Under the pieces are notes generated by a model that was not told where the DNA came from, did no database searches, and saw only the letters and a list, made by a program, of their open reading frames with translations. This document shows, piece after piece, positions 45,187 to 54,567 of a DNA stretch of 64,000 bases; positions within the stretch are counted from its first letter, which is position 1; every line of letters begins with the position of its first letter. Origin of the DNA: an uncultured Pseudomonadota bacterium (lineage in GTDB: Bacteria > Babelota > Babeliae > Babelales > CAIQNR01); contig CAZRXF010000004.1 of NCBI GenBank assembly GCA_964604015.1, positions 4,861 through 68,860 of the forward strand, in the 5' to 3' direction. Position numbers and translations under genes: made by a program.

Positions 45187-46152
45187 TTATTTCTTTTTGG
45201 CCACAACTTCTAGAGTGAAAAGCACGGAATGATCACCGTTTACATGATTTTGAATGATGCAATTTTTGCTGCCAGGGCACGCGTCTTTGCCAACTGTTAA
45301 CGTGTAGTAATTTGTTCCTGTAGATCCGCCAACCATACCCATTGGATTGTTGTTTGAGACGTAATTCATTCCCATTCCAAACTGCATTGCTCGTTTGCAT
45401 TTTGGATTTCTTTTGACTGGGAGCTCAAACAAAGAATAGCTTTCAACTTGTCTGTTGATGCTTCGTTCTACGCCGCCTTGTGGGGATGCAAGGGCAGGCA
45501 GACGAGGATCAGTTTTATCATCGAGCACTTGGCCAGGTACTACTTTGATAGTAGGAGCTTTTTTAGCGAGCTGTTTGACTTCAGCAAGTGATGGTTCTTT
45601 TGGAAATGTTGGCATCGGGAAGTTGTTCCATGGCCCGTGATACGGGTTTTGATGTTCCATTTCATAGGTAAATTGCAGTTGATCAAGAGTAAACCATGCT
45701 TGAGCCAGTTGTGTTTGGGTTGCAATGATCTCCTTGTTATACGGACAGTCTTTCATGACGGTTTCAAGTTCTTTCTGATGTTTCTCTCTGAACGCAGTCA
45801 GGTGCTTTATAAGAGATTCAAGTTCTTTGTAAGCGGGGCTATTTTGTTCGAGATACAGATTCCTTTTTTCTGTGAGAGCTTTGATGTCTTGTTGTAATGC
45901 GTTGTAAGCCTTTTGCGCTTGATTGATTTGTTCTTGCGTAACAGCGGTAGCCTGTGGAAGCGATCGCCAGTGAAGAGGAATGGACGAATGAGGCGTTGGC
46001 ATGATGTTATGTTCAGGATGGAGACGCAAGTACACAAGGCGCATTTTTTCTGCCTCGTCGGCTTGTTTTGCTGTCTTGCTTCCTCCTGGGGTTGCTGAAC
46101 AGAGCTGGAAGGCGGTTAAGAGGGTGAGTAGTGGTTTGATGGATGTATGCAT
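45187..46152 (-). CDS. Secreted protein, member C of the paralog cluster
   Basis: The ATG at 46152 follows AAGGAG. Contains EKMRLVYLRLHPEHN, QVLDDKTDPRLPAL and NYYTLTVGKD...IQNHVNGDHSVLFTLEVVAKKK. Confidence 0.7.
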   Translation of the reverse strand: MHTSIKPLLTLLTAFQLCSATPGGSKTAKQADEAEKMRLVYLRLHPEHNIMPTPHSSIPLHWRSLPQATAVTQEQINQAQKAYNALQQDIKALTEKRNLYLEQNSPAYKELESLIKHLTAFREKHQKELETVMKDCPYNKEIIATQTQLAQAWFTLDQLQFTYEMEHQNPYHGPWNNFPMPTFPKEPSLAEVKQLAKKAPTIKVVPGQVLDDKTDPRLPALASPQGGVERSINRQVESYSLFELPVKRNPKCKRAMQFGMGMNYVSNNNPMGMVGGSTGTNYYTLTVGKDACPGSKNCIIQNHVNGDHSVLFTLEVVAKKK

Positions 46153-46272
46153 GGGAAGGCTCCTTTTTTTGGTACACAACGGCAAGCGTTGCAAGAATCA
46201 ATAAAACAGATTGATTTACCATAGAAAGTGCTGATGAAAAAAAGGAACGGTTTTGAGGGGGAGGTTAAAAAA

Positions 46273-47298
46273 CTACCGATGCTTAAGTGAAAGAAGGCCC
46301 TTGGCCTTTTCAAGTTCCCATTCAGGTGACAGTTCATGCGTTCCACCACGTGGTGACTGTAAAAAACGCATAATTTCTTGCAAAAAGCTTTCTGACGAGC
46401 GAGCTGCTCCATTTGTTTCTAAGGAGAGCCACTGGGCAAGTACCCGGTACTGAAGGTAGGGATTAAGTGCAAAGAATTTCTGAAGATCGAGAGTGCGGTG
46501 ATCTGTTTCAGATGGTGCTACTACTGATACAAGAGCTTGCTCCGTCACAATTTTCAAGAACCGTTCTGTTTCTTCCAGATTCTTCATAGCGCGCGTCAGA
46601 TTTTTTTTCGAGCGATCATCACAGGCAGCAAAAGCAGGAATGAGGTTTGATCGAATGCGGTTCCTGAGGTAGGCATCAGACTCGTTGGTAGGGTCGATCT
46701 GATAAGGAATGCTGTGCTCTGCAAGATATGCAAGAATATCTTGCTTGGTTATCTGTAAGAGTGGTCGCACAAAAAAGCCATCGTGAGCCTTCATGCCACC
46801 CAGTCCAGCAATGGTAGTACCTCGTATGAGATTGATGAAAAACGTTTCAAGTTGATCATCTTGATGATGAGCCAACAAAATATCTGAAGCCTGATGAGCC
46901 GCGCGCACCTGTTCAAGAAAGAGACGACGAAGCTTTCTTCCCACTTCTTCCTGTGAGCCGTTGGGAACAATGGTGTGGGTAAGGTGAGAGGCGTAGCCAA
47001 TTTCCAGAGGTATCTGAAGACCAGCACATAAACGTTGACAGAAAGCAACGTCATCTTTTGATGAGGCACGCCATTCATGGTCAAGGTGCGCAGCAATAAG
47101 AGAGAGGCCCAATGACTCTCGTACGTGCATCACATGGTGAAGCAGGTATACAGAATCGGGGCCTCCCGATAATCCTATGATGACCGTGGTGTTTGGTGTA
47201 ATAAGCCGAAAAAGTTCTTCGCGAACGTTAGATGTCGAGGTTTTTTGCAAAGCGGCCATTGCGTTCGATGAAATCCTTTCGACCGGAAACGTCATCAC
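46273..47298 (-). CDS. tilS: tRNA(Ile)-lysidine synthetase TilS
   Basis: PP-loop VIIGLSGGPDSVYLLH. The true start may be the ATG at 47259. Either start overlaps the gyrB 3' end. Confidence 0.85.
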   Translation of the reverse strand: MMTFPVERISSNAMAALQKTSTSNVREELFRLITPNTTVIIGLSGGPDSVYLLHHVMHVRESLGLSLIAAHLDHEWRASSKDDVAFCQRLCAGLQIPLEIGYASHLTHTIVPNGSQEEVGRKLRRLFLEQVRAAHQASDILLAHHQDDQLETFFINLIRGTTIAGLGGMKAHDGFFVRPLLQITKQDILAYLAEHSIPYQIDPTNESDAYLRNRIRSNLIPAFAACDDRSKKNLTRAMKNLEETERFLKIVTEQALVSVVAPSETDHRTLDLQKFFALNPYLQYRVLAQWLSLETNGAARSSESFLQEIMRFLQSPRGGTHELSPEWELEKAKGLLSLKHR

Positions 47299-49633
47299 CC
47301 ATCAGCGTGGCAAACCAGGTGTCTGCTTCAAGAGCATCTTCGATAGAAACTTGCAGCAAGGAACGGCTTTCGCGGTCCATGGATGTTTCCCACAACTGTT
47401 CAGGGTTCATTTCCCCCAAACCTTTGTAACGTTGTACATGCATGTATGGCTTGCTGATGGCGCGAATGGCGTTGATGAGAGCAATTGCTCCAACACCAGT
47501 CAGTGCGCGATTCTTTTCTTTGACTTCAAGAATCCACTCTTGTTCGACGTCAACAAGACCTTCCTGTGTTTTAAGAACAAGTGCTGTTTCTTCTGAAGCA
47601 AAGAAGGCAACTGGTGCCTGCCAGGACTTATTAAGAAGTTCAAATTTTATCCAGTCAGAAGGGGCTGATTCATCATTCTTGAGAGCATCTTCACGTGTCA
47701 GGAGAACTTTGTAACTTTTGAAAAATGCTGGAAGCTTGGCAACAATCTGTTCAACTGGTGTAGCAGCCGTAATCTGGTTTTCTCGCATGAACAAGAGAAG
47801 ACGATGGCCTTGTGCATCAGTCAGCTTGAAGTTGGTGCACAGTTTTGCAAGTTCATTTTCGTACTGGGTGAGTGTGTTCAGGAATGAGGTCCACGCAACT
47901 TCGGGTAACACATGGTCGCCCATGGTACACACGAGCTGTTCGCGGGCCCAATCAAACAAAAACTCTCTGAACGAACGTTCGTCTTTGAGGTACTGTTCTT
48001 TTTTGCCTAGTTTTGCTTTGTAAAGCGGTGGCTGAGCGATGTACAAGAACCCTTTTTCGATGACTGGTTTCATGTATCTGAAAAAGAATGTCAGGAGCAG
48101 GGTGCGAATGTGAGAACCGTCAACGTCGGCATCGGTCATGAGAATGATTTTGTGGTAACGGGTCTTTTCAACATCAAATTCGTCACCGATACCAGCGCCA
48201 ACTGACGCGATAAGTGCCTTGATTTCTTCGTTTGAAAGAATTTTATCAAGACGTGCCTTTTCTACGTTCAAGATTTTACCTTTGAGTGGCAGAATTGCTT
48301 GGGTGAATCGATCACGACCTTGTTTTGCTGAACCGCCTGCAGAATCCCCCTCAACGATAAACAGTTCGGTATCGGCAGGGTTTTCATTGGAACAGTCAGC
48401 AAGCTTTCCAGGTAAAATGGTGCTTTCTAACTCTGTCTTGCGGCGTGTTAAGTCGCGTGCCTTTTTGGCGGCTTCTCGAGCGCGTTGAGCAAGTTCTGCT
48501 TTCTGAATGATCTTTTTAACGATGTTCGGGTTTTCTTCAAAGAACGTATCAAGATGAGCAAATGTCCAGGTTTCAACAACCCCTTTGACTTCACTGTTGC
48601 CCAATTTGCCTTTTGTTTGTCCTTCAAATTGTGGCTCTGGAACCTTGATGTTAATGACCGCAACAAGCCCTTCACGAACGTCTTCACTTGAAAGATTGTT
48701 CCCTTTCAAAAGACCCATTGCCTGACCACGCTTGTTACAAATCTTGGTCAAAGCTGCTTTAAAACCGGCAACGTGTGTACCGCCATCAATCGTGTTGATG
48801 TTGTTAACGAATGAATAGAGCTGTTCGGCGTATCCTTCGTTATATTGCATGGCGATTTCAAGAACGTATTGGTCGTCTTCCGTTTGGAACGAAATAACTT
48901 CTGGAAAGATTGGATTCTTTTTCTCGTTAATAAATTCGATCAAAGAAACGATACCACCTTCAAAAAAGAACGAGTGATCCTTTGCGTTGAACTCATCAAT
49001 TATGGTGATGCGTAGTCCTTTGTTCAAGAACGCAAGTTCTCGAAGGCGGGCAGAAAGAGTGTCAAATGAGAACGCCGTTGTTTCCATAAAGATCGTTGGA
49101 TCAGGAAGAAAGCGAACCATCGTACCGTTTGGTTTGTTGGTATCACCAGTCATAGCAAGAGGAGCAAGTGGTTTACCTTTTTCATATGATTGGCTGTACA
49201 CGTTCCCGTTTTTGTACACTTCAAGATAGAGCGATGTAGAAAGAGCGTTTACAACAGAAACACCAACCCCGTGAAGACCACCAGAGAAGCGATACGAATC
49301 TTTATCAAACTTACCCCCAGCATGCAGCTTGGTAAGAACAACCTCGGCGGCAGAAATTTTTTCGGTGGGGTGGATGTCGGTTGGAATACCGCGTCCGTTA
49401 TCTTCGACTGAGCAAGAGCCATCGGTGTGAAGAATTACTTTGATGTTATTGCAGTATCCTGCGAGTGCTTCGTCAACCGAGTTATCAACAACTTCGTATA
49501 CCAGATGATGGAGACCCTGAGGACCCGTTGAGCCGATATACATGGCAGGGCGTTTACGTACCGCCTCAAGACCTTCCATGACGCGAATGGACTTGGCACC
49601 ATATTCGTTTTTTTTGTCTGCTTCATGAGCCAT
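47228..49633 (-). CDS. gyrB: DNA gyrase subunit B
   Basis: LEAVRKRPAMYIGS, HLVYEVVDNSVDEA, GGLHGVGVSVVNALS, the Toprim motif EGDSAGGSAKQGRDR, PLKGKILNVEKA and the C-terminus ...FAKNLDI. Confidence 0.97.
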   Translation of the reverse strand: MAHEADKKNEYGAKSIRVMEGLEAVRKRPAMYIGSTGPQGLHHLVYEVVDNSVDEALAGYCNNIKVILHTDGSCSVEDNGRGIPTDIHPTEKISAAEVVLTKLHAGGKFDKDSYRFSGGLHGVGVSVVNALSTSLYLEVYKNGNVYSQSYEKGKPLAPLAMTGDTNKPNGTMVRFLPDPTIFMETTAFSFDTLSARLRELAFLNKGLRITIIDEFNAKDHSFFFEGGIVSLIEFINEKKNPIFPEVISFQTEDDQYVLEIAMQYNEGYAEQLYSFVNNINTIDGGTHVAGFKAALTKICNKRGQAMGLLKGNNLSSEDVREGLVAVINIKVPEPQFEGQTKGKLGNSEVKGVVETWTFAHLDTFFEENPNIVKKIIQKAELAQRAREAAKKARDLTRRKTELESTILPGKLADCSNENPADTELFIVEGDSAGGSAKQGRDRFTQAILPLKGKILNVEKARLDKILSNEEIKALIASVGAGIGDEFDVEKTRYHKIILMTDADVDGSHIRTLLLTFFFRYMKPVIEKGFLYIAQPPLYKAKLGKKEQYLKDERSFREFLFDWAREQLVCTMGDHVLPEVAWTSFLNTLTQYENELAKLCTNFKLTDAQGHRLLLFMRENQITAATPVEQIVAKLPAFFKSYKVLLTREDALKNDESAPSDWIKFELLNKSWQAPVAFFASEETALVLKTQEGLVDVEQEWILEVKEKNRALTGVGAIALINAIRAISKPYMHVQRYKGLGEMNPEQLWETSMDRESRSLLQVSIEDALEADTWFATLMGDDVSGRKDFIERNGRFAKNLDI

Positions 49634-49815
49634 ACTGATCTGACCTCTCCGTCTATGATATTAAAATGTTGACTGAAACTACTTGGTTAACGAGCTAAAA
49701 CAGATTATTCTCAAGTAGTATAACGTAAGAACCTCTAGTTGGCCAGAAGGTAGGGCGTCAAGAAATGAGGGGAGAAACGGTCGAAGAATGGTGATGAAAT
49801 CGTGATCTTGAGAAA

Positions 49816-50286
49816 GTGAATACTATGGCAGATTTCTGGACAGATGAACAGTACATGCGCAAGGCGCTTGAGTATGCACAGCAAGCGGCATCTGAGGGCG
49901 AAGTTCCCATAGGGGCTTTGGTAGTTGACCCTTCTGGTGAGATTATCGGGGTTGGATATAACCAAGTTGAACAACGAAAAACTCAGACGGCTCACGCAGA
50001 GATGACAGCACTCTTTCAAGCAGCTCAGAGAAAGGGTGATTGGCGCCTTGAAAACTGCACTTTGTATGTTACACTTGAGCCCTGCACAATGTGTAGTGGA
50101 GCTGCCCGATTAAGTAGACTGGCAGGGGTTATCTACGGAGCGCAGTCGAACCTGTTCGGGTGCCACCTTGACAAGGATTCTTTTATTCCATTATACAGCA
50201 AGGATACGCCGTTTTTTAAAGGGGGCGTGTGCGCGCAGGAATGTGCCGATGTTTTAAAAGCGTTCTTCAAAAAAAGAAGGGAGTAG
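49816..50286 (+). CDS. tadA: tRNA-specific adenosine deaminase TadA
   Basis: Zinc-binding motifs HAEMTAL and PCTMCSGA. The start could be the ATG at 49825. Confidence 0.85.
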   Translation: MNTMADFWTDEQYMRKALEYAQQAASEGEVPIGALVVDPSGEIIGVGYNQVEQRKTQTAHAEMTALFQAAQRKGDWRLENCTLYVTLEPCTMCSGAARLSRLAGVIYGAQSNLFGCHLDKDSFIPLYSKDTPFFKGGVCAQECADVLKAFFKKRRE

Positions 50287-50287
50287 C

Positions 50288-50674
50288 GTGAGTAGTCAAA
50301 AAGGCTCAAGAAAAGAACTTGAAAAAATAAAAGAAGTGTTGCTGACACGTAAAAAAGAGCTTGAAGAGGCTATTGTTCAGCTTCAGGCAGAAGGGGACGT
50401 TTCTGGCCAGGCTCAGGATCAAGGTGACCAAGCCATTTCGGCTGCCTTTGAAACCCTTAAAAGTTCGCTTCATAATAATGAATATGAAGAATTTAAAATG
50501 ATTACTAAGGCCCTCAAGATGATTGATGAAGGGACCTATGGTATTTGTGCCGACTGCGGGCAGCCTATTTCAGAGCGCCGATTGGAATCCTATCCTAACG
50601 CGACCCGTTGCTTACCCTGTCAGGAAGCGGCTGAGGATGAGCGGGAACGGAACAATCCAGGCTCATTTTTTTAA
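50288..50674 (+). CDS. DksA/TraR-family C4 zinc-finger protein
   Basis: Coiled-coil N-terminus followed by CADCGQPISERRLESYPNATRCLPCQ. Confidence 0.8.
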   Translation: MSSQKGSRKELEKIKEVLLTRKKELEEAIVQLQAEGDVSGQAQDQGDQAISAAFETLKSSLHNNEYEEFKMITKALKMIDEGTYGICADCGQPISERRLESYPNATRCLPCQEAAEDERERNNPGSFF

Positions 50675-50733
50675 GGCATTCTTTTTGACTCATGAGGGGT
50701 AAATCGTTACTCTAGAGGTTCAATGTCAGTTGT

Positions 50734-50808
50734 GCCGGTGTAGCTCAGTGGTAGAGCAATTGATTCGTAATCAGTAGGCCGTCGGTTCAAATCCGATCAC
50801 CGGCTCCA
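50734..50808 (+). tRNA. tRNA-Thr (anticodon CGU), CCA encoded
   Basis: Manual cloverleaf: acceptor GCCGGTG/CACCGGC, D-arm GCTC-AGTGGTA-GAGC, anticodon arm ATTGA-TTCGTAA-TCAGT (CGT at positions 34-36), T-arm GTCGG-TTCAAAT-CCGAT, discriminator T, then CCA. Confidence 0.9.
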
Positions 50809-50865
50809 GATGGGGACCAAAGTATCGTTCCAGTACCTCGCAAAAAGAAGCTCTGGTTCGCTCAA

Positions 50866-50893
50866 TTGACAAGTTTTGGTGGCGTGGTACACT
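50866..50893 (+). promoter_or_regulatory. Candidate sigma70-type promoter for rpsI
   Basis: TTGACA (50866-50871), a 16-nt spacer, then TACACT (50888-50893), 55 nt upstream of the rpsI ATG. Confidence 0.35.
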
Positions 50894-50948
50894 CACTGAG
50901 GCATAAATCGTACAATAAAATCCATTTTGCAAGGCGGTATAAAGTCTT

Positions 50949-51386
50949 ATGGTTAAGCCTGAAGAAAGAAAAGAAAAGGGAGCTGCAAAAAAAGCTTCTG
51001 CTCATGTTATAGGTGTTGTTGGTCGCCGTAAGAAGGCTGTTGCCCGTGTGTGGCTACGCCGTGGCGCAGGTGGGGTTGCAATCAACTCACTCCGTTGCGC
51101 AGATTACTTCCCAACCGACGAAACACGTACCACAGCGGTAAAATCGCTGGTTGTGTGTGACGCCCTTGCTAAGTACGATGTTGTTGCTAACGTCCAAGGC
51201 GGTGGCAAATGTGCTCAATCAGAAGCAGTGCGACTCGGTATCGCTCGCGCGCTGGTTGAAGAAAACGAAGCGTTCCGCTCAGTTCTTCGTGAACACGGAT
51301 TCTTGACCGTTGATGCTCGTAACAAAGAGCGTAAAAAACCAGGTCAACGTGGTGCACGTCGTAAATTCCAATTCGTAAAACGTTAA
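50949..51386 (+). CDS. rpsI: 30S ribosomal protein S9
   Basis: GRRKKAVARVWL, GGGKCAQSEAVRLGIARAL and the C-terminus RKKPGQRGARRKFQFVKR. Confidence 0.93.
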   Translation: MVKPEERKEKGAAKKASAHVIGVVGRRKKAVARVWLRRGAGGVAINSLRCADYFPTDETRTTAVKSLVVCDALAKYDVVANVQGGGKCAQSEAVRLGIARALVEENEAFRSVLREHGFLTVDARNKERKKPGQRGARRKFQFVKR

Positions 51387-51422
51387 GGTTTTGCTGCTTT
51401 TGCATAAAAAAGGCTTCTGAGT

Positions 51423-53291
51423 ATGTGTAGCGTTGTCGGGTATGTTGGACATCGCCAAAGTTGTGCCCTCGTGTTGGATGGGTTAGTCCGTCTTGAATAT
51501 CGTGGGTATGATTCTTCGGGATTTGCATGTATCAATGCAAAAACTGAGAACCTTGAAGTTGCAAAAGCAGTCGGTGGACTTTCGAATCTCTTTGAAGTCC
51601 TCAAAAAACATCCCATTGATGGTACTGTAGGGATCGGTCATACCCGCTGGTCCACGCACGGTATCCCTTCTGAAAAAAATGCCCATCCCCATGTCGATTG
51701 CCATCAAAAATTGGCAGTTGTTCATAATGGCATTATCGAAAATCATCAGGCGCTGAAAGTAAGTCTAGAAGCAAAGGGGCATACCTTTACATCAGAAACA
51801 GATAGTGAAGTTATAGCCCATCTTTTTGAGCAAGAACGTTCTTCGTGTGTCTCGTATCCTGTAGCATGCCCTCCATCTTATAAAAATGTTGTATTGCAAG
51901 TTGTTAAGCAACTTGAAGGTGCGTATGCCTGTGTGGTGGTGTTTGAGGATGCTCCTGAAACATTACTAGCTCTTCGAAAGAGCTCGCCACTGTGTGTCGG
52001 GCGTGGGCAGAAAGAAATGTTTGTAGCGTCTGATGTACTTGCTTTTTCAGGTCATGTGCAGGAAGTCGCGTTTTTGCCACAGGAAACCTATGCATTCGTG
52101 AGGGCAACTAGCGTTGAAGCATTTGATTTTTCAGGTAATCCTATCGAGCTGAACTTTGAAAAGCTTGATAGCCTCTGGATAGCAGCAGAAAAAGATGGAC
52201 ATGAACATTACATGCTCAAAGAAATTTACGAACAAAAAAGTGCTATCTACAAAACAGCAACTCTGTGTTCATCGCTTGGGACTGCGGTGTGGGATAAAAC
52301 CGGTATCTCTTCTGAAGCTATCCAACGCCTTAAACGTATTAAAATTATTGGGTGCGGTACCTCATGGCATGCTGGTCGCATAGCGGAGTTCTTTTTTGAA
52401 GAAACAGCGGGTATTCCAACCACTGCCGCGCTTGCATCTGAGTTTCGGTACCGTACTTTTTTCCCTGAACCTGACACGTTGTATATTGCGGTCTCTCAAT
52501 CAGGTGAAACGGCAGATACCCTTGAAGCGGTTAGAATGCTTAATCAACAGGGACAGCTTACACTTGCGCTTACCAATGTTGCTTCAAGCACGCTTGTCAG
52601 AGAATGCGAAGGGTTCTTGCTCACCCAAGCAGGCCCAGAAATGGCAGTTGCTTCAACCAAAGCGTTTACTACGCAAGTTGCAGCGCTTTACTGGCTTTCA
52701 CAACGCATTGCCTATGAACGGGGCAAAATAACGCGTGAAGCATTCGAGCACGCGTATGATGGGTTGTTGATTGCAGGTGAGTATCTTGAAAATGCGATCG
52801 ATTTGTACAAGTACCAGATTTTTGAAAAGCTTTCGTTTTTCTATGCGAACTTTAAAAACTTCATCTTTTTGGGACGCCATATCAGTTACCCGTTAGCACT
52901 AGAAGCAGCGTTGAAGTTAAAAGAAATTGCCTATGTTTTTTCACAGGCGTATCCAGCAGGTGAACTGAAGCATGGCCCACTGGCCCTTGTAGATGCTGAA
53001 ACACCGGTTTGTATTTTTTCTCATCCTGACCCGGCCATTTACCAAAAAATTCTTTCAAATGCTCAGGAAGTCGTTTCCCGCAAAGGGCGTATTCTGGCCT
53101 TTTGCTTTGAAGGGCAAGATGAACTTAAAAACCTTGCCGAGCACGCGTTTGTATTTCCTGTTCTTCATCCGCATCTTGCTGTTATCGCTATGTCTGGCAT
53201 CATGCAGCTTTTGATGTATTCGATTGCTAAGGCTCGAGGCTGTGACATTGATCGTCCACGTAATTTGGCAAAATCAGTAACGGTTGAATGA
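51423..53291 (+). CDS. glmS: Glutamine--fructose-6-phosphate aminotransferase GlmS
   Basis: N-terminal MC(S)VVGYVG (Cys2 nucleophile), GIGHTRWSTHG, SIS-domain motifs SQSGETADT and AVASTKAFT, and the C-terminus NLAKSVTVE. Confidence 0.96.
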   Translation: MCSVVGYVGHRQSCALVLDGLVRLEYRGYDSSGFACINAKTENLEVAKAVGGLSNLFEVLKKHPIDGTVGIGHTRWSTHGIPSEKNAHPHVDCHQKLAVVHNGIIENHQALKVSLEAKGHTFTSETDSEVIAHLFEQERSSCVSYPVACPPSYKNVVLQVVKQLEGAYACVVVFEDAPETLLALRKSSPLCVGRGQKEMFVASDVLAFSGHVQEVAFLPQETYAFVRATSVEAFDFSGNPIELNFEKLDSLWIAAEKDGHEHYMLKEIYEQKSAIYKTATLCSSLGTAVWDKTGISSEAIQRLKRIKIIGCGTSWHAGRIAEFFFEETAGIPTTAALASEFRYRTFFPEPDTLYIAVSQSGETADTLEAVRMLNQQGQLTLALTNVASSTLVRECEGFLLTQAGPEMAVASTKAFTTQVAALYWLSQRIAYERGKITREAFEHAYDGLLIAGEYLENAIDLYKYQIFEKLSFFYANFKNFIFLGRHISYPLALEAALKLKEIAYVFSQAYPAGELKHGPLALVDAETPVCIFSHPDPAIYQKILSNAQEVVSRKGRILAFCFEGQDELKNLAEHAFVFPVLHPHLAVIAMSGIMQLLMYSIAKARGCDIDRPRNLAKSVTVE

Positions 53292-53393
53292 GTGCCAAAA
53301 TAGAAATTCTATTCGGCTCGTGCTCGTTGAATTTTTCTCGATCATCGATATCCTCTGAACAGCCGTTTAAACTCTTAAGGAGGGATCTCTCTG

Positions 53394-54326
53394 ATGAACA
53401 TAAAGATACTTTGTTTTGTGGCTCTCAATCTCGTTTGTGCCTGCAGTCTGGTCGTGGCAACGGTGTCGTGCAAGGCGACGGCGCTTACCGGTCAGGAGCG
53501 GCAGGAGTGCTTTGATGTGTGGTCGGGCCAGGAACGTGGGGTCTTCACGGAGCGGGCAGCGCGTGCTATGGTTGCTGACTATTTTAAGGCCAGAGCTGGC
53601 GAATCCTTTCCGGACGGATTATTCACTCCTCGCCGAAAGGATTTTGAGAGCTGGATCGGGGATGTTTTCCTTCTCATGCTCAATAAAGCAAACGTCATTA
53701 GCTTAGCGCGGGAAGACGCAGTGGTTGATGATGTTCGGAATATCGTCAAAGCTTCTCAAAACGACCTTAAAAAGATAGTACAACGAAGGAACAAAAAACT
53801 TTCCCCAACAGAAGTTCATAGGCAAGAGGTTAAAAGACTCGTGGCGTGGATTCGGCTTCTCCCTGAATGGCAGACCTATGAGGAAAGGAAGAGCGGAGGG
53901 TGCAGGCAATCTGATTCTGGGCAGCAGGGGGATTTTGATGTGTGGTATGACCAAGGGCGTGGAGTTTTTACACCACAGGAAGCACGTGCTATGGTAACGA
54001 GATATCTCAAGGTAAAGGCTGGTGAATCTTTTTCGTTCTCTCGGCAAAAAGATCTTGAAGATTTTATGCGGGATTCTCTGCTTGTGATGCTCGCTGGAGC
54101 GAAAATTATTCTCTTAGGCAATCCAGACTCTGAAGACGATGTGAAGGCCGTTGTAAAGCTCTCTCGAGAAAAACTCAAAGAAACGTCTTATGAAGTTGAA
54201 GCACACAACCGGTTCGATGCTCGTCGTCGGCAAGAGGTTAAAAGGCTGGTTGCGTGGATTCGCCTTCTTCCCGAATGGCAAGCATATGAAGACAAGATGA
54301 GCAAGATATGTGGGTGTTCTAAATAG
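53394..54326 (+). CDS. Secreted protein built from two tandem ~141-aa repeats (unknown function)
   Basis: AGGAGGG before the ATG. Signal MNIKILCFVALNLVCACSLVVA. Repeat units start at FDVW (53511 and 53934) and each ends with RQEVKRLVAWIRLLPEWQ[TA]YE. Confidence 0.75.
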   Translation: MNIKILCFVALNLVCACSLVVATVSCKATALTGQERQECFDVWSGQERGVFTERAARAMVADYFKARAGESFPDGLFTPRRKDFESWIGDVFLLMLNKANVISLAREDAVVDDVRNIVKASQNDLKKIVQRRNKKLSPTEVHRQEVKRLVAWIRLLPEWQTYEERKSGGCRQSDSGQQGDFDVWYDQGRGVFTPQEARAMVTRYLKVKAGESFSFSRQKDLEDFMRDSLLVMLAGAKIILLGNPDSEDDVKAVVKLSREKLKETSYEVEAHNRFDARRRQEVKRLVAWIRLLPEWQAYEDKMSKICGCSK

Positions 54327-54567
54327 CTTGCCGTCTATTCTGCAATTATCACTGTGGTCTTTACGCGGTCTATTGTTGGGGACTGCAGATTCGAGCTCCC
54401 ACCATGATTTGATAAAAAATCAGTGACTGTTGGGTGATTGTCTCCCTGATTGACCTCTCGTCCTTGGCGTACTAACTTTTTTAAAAAGTTGCTTTCACTT
54501 GCGTCTGAAGTAAAAAAAGGCTGTGGGAAGGCGAAATCGAAGTTTAATTACTCATCTATGGGGGATT

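Noticed and set aside
49634-49815. Possible replication origin next to gyrB
   Set aside because: I found no TTATCCACA-type DnaA boxes and no AT-rich unwinding repeats in this 182-bp divergent region.
54380-54415. tRNA/tmRNA-like 3' end (GGGGACTGCAGATTCGAGCTCCCACCA)
   Set aside because: No complementary 5' acceptor strand and no D or anticodon arms can be drawn in the preceding ~80 nt. The T-loop is not the GTTCRANYC consensus.
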